The translations under genes were made by a program, and so were the position numbers. A stretch of DNA of 63,638 nt, counting the filler. It is 7 parts of 7 records of this genome, joined end to end, with 100 filler letters (N's around TTAATTAATTAA, not from the genome) between each part and the next. Parts side by side here need not be neighbours in the genome. Positions count along the whole stretch, not along the records: positions 1 to 12,730 come from DRR723986_18481; positions 12,831 to 21,252 come from DRR723986_18521; 5 more parts are not named here. One strand, given 5' to 3'. The number at the start of each line of letters is the position of its first letter. Position 1 is the stretch's first letter. Positions 9,601-18,533 of the stretch are shown in pieces. The notes beneath the pieces were generated by a model that was given only the letters and a program-made list of their open reading frames with translations, searched no databases and was not told where the DNA came from.

Positions 9601-10689
9601 TAGGCCGTATTCTTTCTCAATTGACTCACTGACGCTCATCAATTGATGCCGCTGCCAACGGCCCATGTCGTCCCAGGAACCCAGCAGTTCGAAAGCACCT
9701 CGCTTGATGCTCCGATCCGGTTCAGGAATGATCAGTTCTGGGGCGAATGTAAACTGTCGCCCGAGGCCTTCACAAACGTTGCACATGCCCGACGGAGAAT
9801 TGAAGCTCAACATCTGCGGCGTAGGAGGCATGAACGAAAGGTCGCACTTGGGGCATGAGTACTCGCTACTCATGATCCATTCGTTGCGGGCCTTCTTCTT
9901 CCGTTTTCTACCTCGAGACTTTGTGGCTGTCTCGAGTTCTTCTGCATCCTTCGCGTCCGGTTCTTCGTCATCCCAAGGGATAACGATTAGTGTGCTCTCG
10001 CCGAGCTTCAGCGCTTCGGCGACACCTTCGGCGATTTCGGTACGAGGTGTTGTTCCGGGCGAGAACCGCTTCACCACCACTTCGATATCGTGCTTCTGCT
10101 GTCGATTCAGGGCAGGAACACTTGAGAGGCGCACCACGTCGCCGTCTACACGGCCTCGCGCGTAACCCTGTTTCTGAAGGGTCTCAAACAGATCCTTGTG
10201 CTCGCCCTTTTGACCACGGACCACTGGTGCAAGAATCAGATATTCTTCTTTGTCGTCCAGCCCCTGAAGCTTGGCTACGATCTGATCATTGGTTTGTGAC
10301 TCGATGCGGATATCGCAACGCGAACAAAATCCCTTCCCGATGCGCGCATAGATCACCCGCAGGAAGTCATAGATCTCAGTGACGGTTCCGACTGTCGATC
10401 TCGGATTCGAACTTGTCGATTTCTGGCTGATCGAAATCGCGGGGCTCAGTCCGCCGATAAAATCGACGTTCGGTTTGGGCAGTTGCCCAATGAACTGGCG
10501 TGCATAACTGGATAAACTCTCTAGGTACCGACGCTGCCCTTCGGCATACAACGTGTCGAATGCCATCGAGCTCTTGCCACTACCACTGACCCCCGTGAAT
10601 ACAATCAACTGATTTCGGGGCAGGGAAATACTGACGTTCTGCAAGTTGTGCTCGCGAGCGCCGCGTACTTCAATATTCGCGTTGTCCAT
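3643..10689 (-). CDS. uvrA: Excinuclease ABC subunit A, tandem double-length form with C-terminal extension (2348 aa)
   Basis: Four Walker A motifs (GVSGSGKSS x2, GPSGSGKSS, GPSGSGKST), four LSGGE signatures, LDEP Walker B motifs, CxxC zinc modules; second UvrA unit starts near nt 7640. Confidence 0.95.
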   Translation of the reverse strand: MDNANIEVRGAREHNLQNVSISLPRNQLIVFTGVSGSGKSSMAFDTLYAEGQRRYLESLSSYARQFIGQLPKPNVDFIGGLSPAISISQKSTSSNPRSTVGTVTEIYDFLRVIYARIGKGFCSRCDIRIESQTNDQIVAKLQGLDDKEEYLILAPVVRGQKGEHKDLFETLQKQGYARGRVDGDVVRLSSVPALNRQQKHDIEVVVKRFSPGTTPRTEIAEGVAEALKLGESTLIVIPWDDEEPDAKDAEELETATKSRGRKRKKKARNEWIMSSEYSCPKCDLSFMPPTPQMLSFNSPSGMCNVCEGLGRQFTFAPELIIPEPDRSIKRGAFELLGSWDDMGRWQRHQLMSVSESIEKEYGLEAGESLTTAWKELPEKVQHEWLYGAGQRHITFTWSGGSKPMKYGGTFDGIVAQLMEQYKGTKSASGRKRFEKYMERRDCGACGGQRLGRQALFLRLESKATIEGADAWLNLPQLCDLPIDQCLEYLRGLELTDIDQRIASEAVREVTNRLQFLLNVGLDYLTLGRSAPSLSGGEAQRIRLASQIGAGLAGVLYVLDEPSIGLHPRDNDRLIDSLKALRDQGNSLLVVEHDEDTMRAADLIVDFGPGPGVRGGEIVTCGTLSELAGSERSLTGQFLSGTAQIPVPDAAREGTGDVIRVTGARQNNLKNVDVDVPLGKLVCVTGVSGSGKSSLINEILVPVLRRKLHAAEDMPGLHDSVEGIEHLDKVIAIDQSPIGRTPRSNPATYVKVFDEIRNLFVELPEAKRRGYQAGRFSFNVAGGRCEACEGNGSNRLEMDFLADLWVRCPVCDGKRYNHETLQVKFKDCSIADVLEMDIQQALDLFENVPKIADKLKTLHSVGLDYIKLGQPSPTLSGGEAQRIKLAKELARKDTGQTLYLLDEPTTGLHFHDIRLLLKVLQDLVDRGNTVLVIEHNLDVIKAADWLIDIGPEGGKGGGRVVFAGQPKDIVDVEESYTGASLAKHISAEPIKPSKAKKTTSTKKAPAGKKKGPATTLPSTVRVENAVEHNLKDVTLDIPHHSLTVFCGPSGSGKSSLAMDTIYAEGQRRYVESLSSYARQFVGQMPKPNVHRIDGLAPAIAIEQKTVAHNPRSTVGTVTEIYDYLRVLMARLAEPHCPECEQPVTNQSADDITNHLLAHEEGTRLVLTAPLQWQPNHDPENLWQDLRTSGLVRVRVNGKTHTLDNVPALSSTISYDIEAVIDRITVSEASRSRISESVELALSLGGGNLFAIEPRDDIDEVHWKSVRHSQHLACRNCGYSIQPLTPHSFSYNSPLGWCPDCEGLGTQTGTSPALLMDTDLSLRDGAIRMWPALEKDSGSEMPVTDLAKPMLESMCKAIGIPMDVPTGQLSVGQRRSILHGTGERWFVAENARGIEFEFQWKGLFPALDHAARLSSKLRNQLSPFVAEVACSACDGSRLNVDAGSARFRDLTIGDITQGTLSWLHETMKGWKLTKREQQIAGELVRELLARTEFLLDVGLDYLTLSRAANTLSGGESQRIRLSSQLGSGLCGVLYVLDEPTIGLHPRDNDRLIGALKKLRDIGNTLLVVEHDRDVIEHSDRVYDFGPAAGRGGGELVAEGTPKQLARSRTSVTGPFLSEKKKIPVPAKRRTPDKGWISLKGARANNLRKVNADIPLGCLSVITGPSGSGKSTLVNQVLYPAMSKRLAKQNTKKTLFDSIEGTKLIDKVIRVDQSPIGSNPSSTPATYTGVFDLIRQLYSQLPDARALGYTPRQFSFNVPGGRCEKCEGNGQIRIEMHFLPDVWVQCDSCGGRRFNEETLSVTYHGHSIHDILEMQMGQALEVFQNIPKIRRTLQTLVDVGLDYVSLGQSAPTLSGGEAQRVKLAAELSRPDTGKTFYLLDEPTTGLHFADIIKLLEVTQRLVDLGNTVVVVEHNLDVIKAADFVLDLGPEAGAGGGEIVFSGTPEELVEHSREAKAAFDKASKSKTTKKKAPAKKTRPKRPLLRSHTGEALIIAMEAVEYQERETFTSEELTKEQEGDIELDQIGRDTLLPWQKDGRKWHTEESVDRAGGAIKWEREILTKIVDHLEKIEGFSPTNWDNRSVVEIRGEVKSRGWFFHAITAETWLLQLKFRIPRRAFTKAELTSVVKLGTLNQLEAVQIYGNDSRVSAKATGSWMELEIRAHTLEEMDTQKFWSWLEDAAFAFLGKPRSAPEPVASDLPAVTDPKKSMPWKVLKQRWHSLRKGFPPGQDIVWPAETLSVFIQAIHQSAGGGRWRWDEQTTARYILPGEKQPWIILHTKRPEGLVAVLNGPKGYDPGDLKDSLPMPVQITKRGDDEEQIQIAFTALQQPRDPSVRKLLSTHKEFVSKEGVTK

Positions 10690-10705
10690 AGTCTATATCT
10701 TGAAA

Positions 10706-10743
10706 ACCATCCTGGATGGTAAAGCTTCGGTTTGGACCAAACC
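10706..10743. promoter_or_regulatory. Two perfect 15-bp palindromes in the uvrA/phosphoesterase intergenic region
   Basis: ACCATCC-T-GGATGGT (10706-10720) and GGTTTGG-A-CCAAACC (10729-10743). Confidence 0.45.
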
Positions 10744-10762
10744 CATCATTGTAGGTCAAAAA

Positions 10763-11308
10763 GTGGAAAATGCAGACCGGTATCTCGCAGGCGGCATTTT
10801 CGCGCTTCTTCGCCACACGTTCCCGCTAGAACCTCCAGCCGATATGGGCGCAGAAACGTCCGACCACTGGGACCTAATGTTGGAAATCCCAGGCATAAAG
10901 GACGAACATTGCTTGCTTACGCTCCAGCTAGCAACTCTTCCAGCAGCCGCCCGTCCAGGGCCATTGAGCAGCCGCCGCGAACGCGGGCAAGTCGTTTTTG
11001 CGAAGCGATTGGCAGATCATCGGCGCAGATATCTGGATTTCGAAGGGCCCATTGAGGGTAATCGGGGCCACGTTCATAGGGTCGCGCGTGGCCGCTACAC
11101 CGCCGTAAAAGAAGCATTTGCGCCGGCAGCCCGCTGGCCTGAGGCTTTTTCCGAGCCGGAGCAATTGAATCAGACGCGGAGCTCAGAAACCGATTGGCTG
11201 CTCTTCTCACTCACTTCCGACACTCTGTCAGCGCGATTTGCCGTCCGGCTTTCTCAGCCAGGCGAATCGGTTGATCTATTTGTCGAGCATTGGGACGAGC
11301 TGTGCTAA
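10763..11308 (+). CDS. Stand-alone LigD 3'-phosphoesterase (PE)-like protein
   Basis: FALLRH...DHWDLMLE...RLADHRRRYLDFEGPIEGNRGHV resembles the LigD PE domain; start uncertain (GTG 10763 chosen; track ORF from 10646 overlaps uvrA). Confidence 0.65.
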   Translation: MENADRYLAGGIFALLRHTFPLEPPADMGAETSDHWDLMLEIPGIKDEHCLLTLQLATLPAAARPGPLSSRRERGQVVFAKRLADHRRRYLDFEGPIEGNRGHVHRVARGRYTAVKEAFAPAARWPEAFSEPEQLNQTRSSETDWLLFSLTSDTLSARFAVRLSQPGESVDLFVEHWDELC

Positions 11309-11340
11309 CGACGCCAGGTGCCGAAGCTCGCGATTTGGAC

Positions 11341-12730
11341 CTAGCGCCTATTGGCCTGGTTCTCGAGCATCGTGGCGGCAAGCGACGTCCAGCCCGTCTG
11401 GTGGCTTGCCCCAAGACCTCGGCCGTTGTCGCCCTCGAAATACTCGTAGAACAGAATCAGATCCTCCCAAGAACTGCCCTGGCTATAACGGCTGTCGCCA
11501 CCATGAGCCGGACGCCCGCCCTCTTCACCGAACAAGAACAGTCGCGTCAATCGAGCTTCGATCTCGGTCGCGACTTGCTCCAGGTTCATCAAGTTGCCTG
11601 ATCCAGTCGGGCACTCCACCTTGAGCGAATCGCCATAGAAGGAGTGGTAAGTGCGAAGCGACTCGATGATTAAGTAGTTGATTGGCAACCAAATTGGACC
11701 TCGCCAATTGCTATTGCCGCCGAACATGTAGGAGTCGCTTTCACCAGGCGTGTATCGAACCTCCTCCCGTGAGCCTCCATATTCGAAGACGTATGGTTCA
11801 TCGCGATGTGCAGCACTCATCGACCGAATTCCGTACGGGCTCAAGAATTCGCTTTCATCAAGCATTTTCTGCAACATCTTGACCAGTCGCTGCTTGGTGG
11901 GCAGCGCCAGCAGTCGTCGCTCATCGCCCGCCTCGTCCTTTGCCAAGCAGCTCATGTGGCCGGCCAGATCCTGCCGATGGCGAACGAACCACTCGGTACG
12001 CTTCTTGAAACCTGGCAATCGGTCAATCTTGGCTTGGTCCAAAACCACCGGAGTGCAAAGTGGGATTAAGCCAACAAGAGAACGCACCTTCAGCGGAATG
12101 GATTGACCGTCGTTGGAAAGATGGTCGTAGTAGAAGCCATCTTCGTCGTCCCAGAGTCCCATTCCATGCAGATCGTTGGTCGCGTCGGCAATCGACATGT
12201 AGTGCTCAAGGAACTTGCTGGCCATGTCTGCATAGGCAACGCTCTCTTCGGCCAACTCTAGGGCCATTTTGAGCATGTTGCCGCAGAAGAACGCCATCCA
12301 CGCCGTAGCGTCTGCTTGGTTGAGGTATCCACCTGTTGGAAGCGGCTTGCTGCGATCGAATACGCCGATGTTGTCCAAACCAAGGAATCCACCGGAGAAA
12401 ATGTGGTTTCCTTCCGGATCCTTGCGATTCACCCACCACGTGAAATTGAGAACTAGTTTTTGGAATACCCGTGCCAAAAAATCCTTGTCTGGACTGCCGT
12501 TCTGCTCCGATGCCTTGTACACATCCCAGCATGCCCAGGCGTGAACAGGCGGATTCACATCGCTCAACGCCCATTCGTAGGCTGGAAGCGATCCATTGGG
12601 ATGCATGTACCACTCGCGCAGGAAAAGTAGCAACTGCTCCTTGGCAAAGTGCTCATCAACGCGGGCCATCGGCAGCATATGGAAAGCTAAATCCCAAGCG
12701 GCGTACCAAGGGTACTCCCACTTGTCAGGC
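11341..12730 (-). CDS. MGH1-like/GH63-type glucosidase, 5' part missing
   Basis: PDKWEYPWYAAWDLAFH, NPPVHAWA, FLGLDNIGVFDRS, NSNWRGPIW, GLGASHQTGWT; frame open to the linker. Confidence 0.85.
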
Positions 12731-12830
12731 NNNNNNNNNNNNNNNNNNNNNNNNNNNNNNNNNNNNNNNNNNNNTTAATTAATTAANNNNNNNNNNNNNN
12801 NNNNNNNNNNNNNNNNNNNNNNNNNNNNNN
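12731..12830. other. Artificial contig linker
   Basis: N44-TTAATTAATTAA-N44, identical at six places. Confidence 0.99.
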
Positions 12831-12859
12831 CGAAGGTTCGAATCCTTCACGACCCACCA
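12831..12859 (+). tRNA. tRNA 3' fragment, probably tRNA-Lys
   Basis: T arm GAAGG-TTCGAAT-CCTTC, acceptor strand ACGACCC-ACCA typical of gammaproteobacterial tRNA-Lys, which usually precedes nadA; anticodon not in the window. Confidence 0.75.
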
Positions 12860-12890
12860 ACAAGGCAAACCGTCACCACGGGGTTTGCGG

Positions 12891-12919
12891 AAAAAAGAGC
12901 CGAAAGGCTCTTTTTTTTT
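12891..12919 (+). terminator. Rho-independent terminator after the tRNA
   Basis: AAAAAAGAGCC-GAAA-GGCTC followed by T9. Confidence 0.9.
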
Positions 12920-13050
12920 GCCCGCAAGAACCCACCTATACCCACAGGACGGACGCTATCCTGCAGCCTGGCATACCCACATTGCAGGATCATGAAACCA
13001 AAGGCAGAAGTGATATACTCTGGCCGTTAACGTCAATCAGAGAATAAGTG

Positions 13051-14112
13051 ATGACTAAAGCGCAAGACCGCATTCTGGTTCAGGAACATCTCGCCCATCA
13101 GGCGGAGCCCAAGCCCCTGAGCGCCTCAGAGAAAGCTGATCTCGAGGCCAGGATCAAGGTGGCTCTGAAGGAGAAGGATGCCGTTCTGGTAGCGCATTAT
13201 TACACCGACCCGGACATCCAGCGGCTGGCAGAAGAGACCGGTGGTTGTGTGGCGGATTCCCTGGAAATGGCGCGCTTCGGTAACCAACACCCGGCCTCCA
13301 CCGTTGTCGTTGCCGGCGTTCGTTTCATGGGAGAGACGGCAAAGATTCTGAATCCGGAGAAAAAGGTTCTGATGCCGACTCTGGAGGCAACTTGCTCGCT
13401 TGATGTTGGTTGCCCGGCAGACGAGTTCTCCGAGTTCTGTGATCAGCACCCGGACCGCACGGTCGTGGTTTATGCCAATACCTCGGCCGCGGTGAAAGCC
13501 CGTGCCGATTGGGTCGTCACCTCCAGTTGCGCCCAGGCCATTGTTGAGCACCTGGACGCCAAAGGTGAAAAAATTCTGTGGGCGCCGGACAAGCACCTGG
13601 GTGGTTATGTGCAGAAAACAACAGGCGCAGACGTTCTGCTGTGGGACGGTTCCTGCATTGTGCACGAAGAGTTCAAGTACCGTGGCCTGGAAGACCTCAA
13701 GGCCCTGTACCCGGATGCCGCGATCCTCGTGCACCCGGAGTCACCGGATGCGGTGGTGCAGATGGCGGATGTAGTCGGTTCAACCTCGCAACTGATTCAC
13801 GCCGTGCAAACGCTTCCGAATGAAGAGTTTATCGTCGCAACCGACAACGGCATTTTCTACAAGATGCAACAGCTGGCGCCGAACAAGACGTTGATTGAAG
13901 CGCCCACCGCCGGGAACGGCGCAACCTGCCGAAGCTGCGCCCATTGTCCCTGGATGGCCATGAACGGCCTGGAAAATCTGCTGCACGTGCTTGAGCATGG
14001 CGACCAGGAAGTGCATGTGGATGACGCGCTGCGAGAAGACGCACTGCGTCCGCTGCGCCGGATGCTGGACTTTACCGCCAACATGAATCTCAAGGCTGCC
14101 GGCAACGCCTGA
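13051..14112 (+). CDS. nadA: Quinolinate synthase
   Basis: [41 protein letters not shown]. Confidence 0.96.
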   Translation: MTKAQDRILVQEHLAHQAEPKPLSASEKADLEARIKVALKEKDAVLVAHYYTDPDIQRLAEETGGCVADSLEMARFGNQHPASTVVVAGVRFMGETAKILNPEKKVLMPTLEATCSLDVGCPADEFSEFCDQHPDRTVVVYANTSAAVKARADWVVTSSCAQAIVEHLDAKGEKILWAPDKHLGGYVQKTTGADVLLWDGSCIVHEEFKYRGLEDLKALYPDAAILVHPESPDAVVQMADVVGSTSQLIHAVQTLPNEEFIVATDNGIFYKMQQLAPNKTLIEAPTAGNGATCRSCAHCPWMAMNGLENLLHVLEHGDQEVHVDDALREDALRPLRRMLDFTANMNLKAAGNA

Positions 14113-14128
14113 AAATTACGAGTTATCG

Positions 14129-15601
14129 CTAACCGGCTTCGCGCGCCTGAAGCCGGTTAGTCAGCTCTCCAAGGCGCTCACTGACCACCTGGCGTTCGGC
14201 AGAGCCGGCCGGTAGCTTCTCCTGGGCCTGGCGCAATTGCCGCTGGGCGGATCTCAGATCGCCCATCAGTACATCGTATTCGGCTCTTGCCCGGTGTACG
14301 CCGACAATATTCCGCGCCATACCTTCGGCCTCGGCCAATCTCAACCACAACTGCTCCTGGCTGGGCAGGCGGCGAGTCAGCTCCCTCAGGTAGTCGGCAG
14401 CGGCGGCGCCGTTACCATCGGCAATCTCGATGGCCGCCAGCGTGGATGTTATTGGATAGTTGCCGGGATTGCGCGCCAGGGCCTCCTGCATAAGCGCTCT
14501 GGCGTCGGCATACCGTTTCTGGCTGAGCAGAACTTCCGCCAGTGATACCTGGAACGTGATGCGCCCGGGGTTGGCTTTCAATAATTCCCGCATTAGCTGC
14601 TCCGCCTTCTCATAGCGCCGGCTTTCCTGATAAGCCACCGCCAGGCCGTAGCGAATGGCATCGTTGCGCTGGGCGTCTTCCCGGGCCAGGTAAGCCTCGA
14701 ACGTTTCTATCGCCGTTTCCGGCGATTCGCTGTAATGCACCTGCAGGCGGCTGCGAACCAGGTGATATTCCTGTCCGTCCTGCACCCGGGTATCAGGGTA
14801 TTGTTCGGCCCGGTTGCGGGTGTCGGCAACCCGGTTCTGGGTCAGCGGGTGAGTGGAAAGGTATTCCGGCAGGCGATTTCCCTGCAGGCGGTTCTGCCTC
14901 ATCATGATTTCGAACATCTCGGGCATACCTCTCGGGTCCATGCCGGCACTGGCCAGGATGTCCATGCCAACCCGGTCGGCTTCCTGTTCGTGGGAGCGGC
15001 TGTAGGCCAGCATGTTCTGCACAGCCATGGCCTGGGTGCCGGCGATGGCGGCAATGCCAATGTCTGACTGGGTAACCGCAGAAAGCACGATACCGGCGAT
15101 CATGCCGGCCAGGGTTAACGGAGCGCTGGTTTCCTGTTGCTGCATTCGGCGAGCAAAATGGCGCTGGCTGAGGTGGGCCAGTTCGTGGGCCAGGACCGAG
15201 GCAAACTGTTGTTCGGTGGCGGCGTTCAGAAACAGGCCCCCATTTACGCCTACTACGCCGCCGGGCACGGCGAAAGCGTTGATGGCCGGGCTGTCAATCA
15301 GAACCAGTTTCAGGTCGCGGTTATCCAGCGGTGCGGACGGCACCAGACGATAAATGATCGCGCTCAGGTAGTCGTAGACCAGTGGGTCCTGAAGTTGCGG
15401 GGCTGAACGGCGAATGGAGGCCATAACCTGTTGGCCAATATCGGCTTCCATCTGTCCGGAGATCAGGCCGCCGCTACCGCCGATGCTTGGCAGGTCTGAC
15501 GACTGCGCGCGTGTGGTCGGGCTGGTGACCGCCATGCTGAGGGCCAGAAAAACGATCAGGGCCCAGGGGGAGCGGTGTTGGCCTTCGTTCTGGTACTTCA
15601 T
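14129..15601 (-). CDS. bepA: M48 metalloprotease with TPR C-terminus (BepA/YfgC)
   Basis: INAFAVPGG, HELAH, EQEADR, STHP; signal peptide. Confidence 0.85.
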   Translation of the reverse strand: MKYQNEGQHRSPWALIVFLALSMAVTSPTTRAQSSDLPSIGGSGGLISGQMEADIGQQVMASIRRSAPQLQDPLVYDYLSAIIYRLVPSAPLDNRDLKLVLIDSPAINAFAVPGGVVGVNGGLFLNAATEQQFASVLAHELAHLSQRHFARRMQQQETSAPLTLAGMIAGIVLSAVTQSDIGIAAIAGTQAMAVQNMLAYSRSHEQEADRVGMDILASAGMDPRGMPEMFEIMMRQNRLQGNRLPEYLSTHPLTQNRVADTRNRAEQYPDTRVQDGQEYHLVRSRLQVHYSESPETAIETFEAYLAREDAQRNDAIRYGLAVAYQESRRYEKAEQLMRELLKANPGRITFQVSLAEVLLSQKRYADARALMQEALARNPGNYPITSTLAAIEIADGNGAAAADYLRELTRRLPSQEQLWLRLAEAEGMARNIVGVHRARAEYDVLMGDLRSAQRQLRQAQEKLPAGSAERQVVSERLGELTNRLQAREAG

Positions 15602-15757
15602 ATGTCTGAGGATGCCTCGAATTCGTGTTGCCGGTTTGACAAGGCGGCAGCCGGCAAGTTCTCCGGAGTATTACCAACTCTTGTGATGCAATAGAGTAAC
15701 ACCAGCGGCATAATGCCTGCCTGATTACTGTATGAAACGTAATGGTAAATGCTGATT

Positions 15758-15985
15758 ATGGCTGACAGAACCCTGGATGCCAGCGGCCTGCGTTGTCCCA
15801 TGCCGCTGCTGAAAACCAAGCTGGAACTCAATTCCATGACGCCCGGGGAGGAATTGGTGGTTGTCGCCACGGATACCGGCTCACTGAGGGACATACCTGC
15901 CTGGCTGGCGTTGTCGGCCCACACGCTTGTCAGCCAATCGGAGAGTAATGGGGAATACCGTTTCGTGATAAAGTGCGGCGGTTAA
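15758..15985 (+). CDS. TusA/SirA-family sulfur carrier
   Basis: LDASGLRCPMP, ATDxGSxRD. Confidence 0.88.
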   Translation: MADRTLDASGLRCPMPLLKTKLELNSMTPGEELVVVATDTGSLRDIPAWLALSAHTLVSQSESNGEYRFVIKCGG

Positions 15986-16000
15986 TTTCCGGAGTCATTC

Positions 16001-17077
16001 ATGGTCAGAATTCTGCGCGGTCTAGCCCACAAGTATTTTTCAGACGAAGAAGCCGTCATCCTGTTTTTGCTGCTGGTGACAGGCACTGTCTTTATCATCT
16101 GGTTCGGGGCCATGCTGGCGCCGGCCATCGCTTCCCTGATTGTCGCGTTCATTCTGCAGGGCCTGGTGTCAAAACTGAACCGGATGGGTGTGCCTGAGCT
16201 GATCGCCGTGATTGGCGTGTTTGTGGTGTTTCTGGGTGTGCTGGTGGGTTTTATCTTCGGTTTGTTGCCGTTGATCTGGACCCAGCTGAGTACCCTTGCC
16301 GGCGAAGCGCCACGGATCATCCGCGAGCTGCAGTCCTATCTGGAGGTTCTGCCGCAACAATATCCGCATCTGGTTTCTGCTGAATCTGTGAATACCATGT
16401 ATCAGCAGATCTCGGCCGAAGTAGGGCACCTGACTCAATGGCTGGTGTCTTTCTCGCTCTCCAGCATTCCGGACCTTGTGGCCTTGCTGATCTACATGGT
16501 TCTGGTGCCTATCCTGGTCTTTTTCTTTCTGAAAGACCGTCGGGTCCTGGTGAACTCATTTGCCCGCCTGCTACCTCCGCAGCGACCAATGATGGTTCGC
16601 ATCTGGCACGAGGTTAACCTGCAGTGTGCCAACTATGTCCGTGGCAAGGCAGTGGAGATCCTGATAGTGGGTGGCGTCACCTATGTCGCCTTCAAGTTTC
16701 TCGGCATGCCCTATGCGGCATTGCTTTCCCTGTTGGTGGGGCTGAGCGTGGTGATTCCCTACATTGGCGCTGCGGTGGTCACCATTCCGGTGGCCGTGAT
16801 CGGCCTGTTTGCGTTCGGCTGGGGCAGCCATTTTATCTGGGTCATGGTCATCTACGGCATTATTCAGGCGCTTGATGGCAATGTCCTGGTACCGATTCTG
16901 TTCTCGGAAGTGAACAACCTGCACCCGGTGGCGATTATTGTTGCCGTGTTGTTCTTTGGCGGAATCTGGGGCTTGTGGGGCGTGTTTTTTGCGATTCCAC
17001 TGGCGACGATGCTGAAAGCGGTTTTCGCGGCCTGGCCGGTGAAGGAGTCGCCTCCGCCACCAGCCATTGCGGAATAG
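16001..17077 (+). CDS. AI-2E family (PerM-like) permease
   Basis: Multi-TM; YVRGK, IPYIG, QALDGNVLVP, LHPVAII, GGIWG. Confidence 0.9.
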   Translation: MVRILRGLAHKYFSDEEAVILFLLLVTGTVFIIWFGAMLAPAIASLIVAFILQGLVSKLNRMGVPELIAVIGVFVVFLGVLVGFIFGLLPLIWTQLSTLAGEAPRIIRELQSYLEVLPQQYPHLVSAESVNTMYQQISAEVGHLTQWLVSFSLSSIPDLVALLIYMVLVPILVFFFLKDRRVLVNSFARLLPPQRPMMVRIWHEVNLQCANYVRGKAVEILIVGGVTYVAFKFLGMPYAALLSLLVGLSVVIPYIGAAVVTIPVAVIGLFAFGWGSHFIWVMVIYGIIQALDGNVLVPILFSEVNNLHPVAIIVAVLFFGGIWGLWGVFFAIPLATMLKAVFAAWPVKESPPPPAIAE

Positions 17078-17081
17078 GGCG

Positions 17082-17549
17082 TTAAAGGGCCTTGACGGCT
17101 TCCAGCACCTCGTCGGCGTGCCCTTTGACCTTGACGCCGCGCCATTCCCTGCGCAGCACGCCTTCCTTGTCGATCAGGAAGGTGCTGCGTTCAATGCCAA
17201 GGTGCTCCTTGCCATAAAGCTTCTTGAGCTTGATGACGTCGAACAGCTTGCACAGGGATTCGTCCTTGTCGGAAATCAGGTGGAACGGAAAGCTGTATTT
17301 CGCCCGGAAGTTATCATGGGCTTTCAGGCCATCCCGCGAGACGCCGAATATCTCGGTGTCCTCGGCAGCGAAGGCTTCCATTCTGTCCCGGAAGTCCTGG
17401 CCCTCGGTGGTGCAGCCCGGTGTATTGTCTTTCGGGTAGAAATAAATAACGATGTTCCGGCCTTTCAGGTCGCTCAGGCGAACGGTCTGGTCGCCAGTGG
17501 CCTCAGCCTGAAATTCTGGCACGGGTTGATTCAATGCTACGGATGACAT
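17082..17549 (-). CDS. bcp: Peroxiredoxin BCP
   Basis: YFYPKDNTPGCT, ERSTFLID. Confidence 0.92.
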   Translation of the reverse strand: MSSVALNQPVPEFQAEATGDQTVRLSDLKGRNIVIYFYPKDNTPGCTTEGQDFRDRMEAFAAEDTEIFGVSRDGLKAHDNFRAKYSFPFHLISDKDESLCKLFDVIKLKKLYGKEHLGIERSTFLIDKEGVLRREWRGVKVKGHADEVLEAVKAL

Positions 17550-17623
17550 GACATCTCCTTTAATTCCCTTGTGTCAGTTCGAGCCCAACATTACCATATC
17601 GGTTTTATTCGGACGGAGCTTTT

Positions 17624-18502
17624 ATGATTACGGGTAGCCTTGTCGCACTGGTCACGCCCATGTATCCAAACGGTGATATTCACTGGGAGGATCTGGATAA
17701 GCTGGTGGACTTTCATATCGAAAACGGCACCCATGGCATTGTTGCTGTGGGCACCACTGGCGAATCCGCAACCCTGGATCCGGAGGAACATATCCGGACG
17801 ATCGGGCACATCATAAAACGTGTAAACGGCCGGATTCCCGTTATTGCAGGTACCGGTGGTAACAGTACGCGCGAAGCCATCGAATTGACCACCGAAGCCC
17901 ACAAACTCGGTGCCGATGCCTGTCTGCTCGTAGTGCCTTACTACAACAAGCCGACCCAGGAAGGCCTGTATCAGCACTTCAAGGCCATCGCGGAAGCGGT
18001 ACCGGGCATGAGCCAGATTCTCTACAACGTACCGGGCCGCACTGCCTGCGATATGCTCAACGAGACGGTCGTCCGCCTGGCCGATATCCCCAATATCGTT
18101 GGTATCAAGGACGCGACCGGGAACATTCCCCGTGGCGCCGAGCTGATCGAAGCCCTGGATGGACGCCTTGCGGTTTACTCCGGTGACGACGCCACGGCGG
18201 CAGATCTGATGCTGGCGGGTGCGAAAGGTAATGTTTCGGTAACGGCCAATGTCGCTCCGAAGGCCATGGCTGAGCTCTGTGAAGCGGCCATTGCGGGCAA
18301 CGAAGACGAAACCCGCCGCTTGAACGAACTGCTGATGCCGCTTAATCGCAAGCTGTTTCTGGAGGCCAACCCGATTCCGGTAAAATGGGCGCTTTACCGC
18401 ATGGGCATGATCGGTGAGGGGATTCGTCTGCCTCTGACGCCGCTCAGCGAAAAGTTCCACGGCGAGGTGGAAGACGCGCTCAAGGCCTCAGGTGTTCTCT
18501 GA
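17624..18502 (+). CDS. dapA: 4-hydroxy-tetrahydrodipicolinate synthase
   Basis: [32 protein letters not shown]. Confidence 0.96.
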   Translation: MITGSLVALVTPMYPNGDIHWEDLDKLVDFHIENGTHGIVAVGTTGESATLDPEEHIRTIGHIIKRVNGRIPVIAGTGGNSTREAIELTTEAHKLGADACLLVVPYYNKPTQEGLYQHFKAIAEAVPGMSQILYNVPGRTACDMLNETVVRLADIPNIVGIKDATGNIPRGAELIEALDGRLAVYSGDDATAADLMLAGAKGNVSVTANVAPKAMAELCEAAIAGNEDETRRLNELLMPLNRKLFLEANPIPVKWALYRMGMIGEGIRLPLTPLSEKFHGEVEDALKASGVL

Positions 18503-18533
18503 CGCCACCGTTACCGTTAACCGGAGTAACCCG

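Noticed and set aside
12775-12786. TTAATTAATTAA as a biological motif
   Set aside because: Identical in all six N-linkers; an all-frame stop spacer added in assembly
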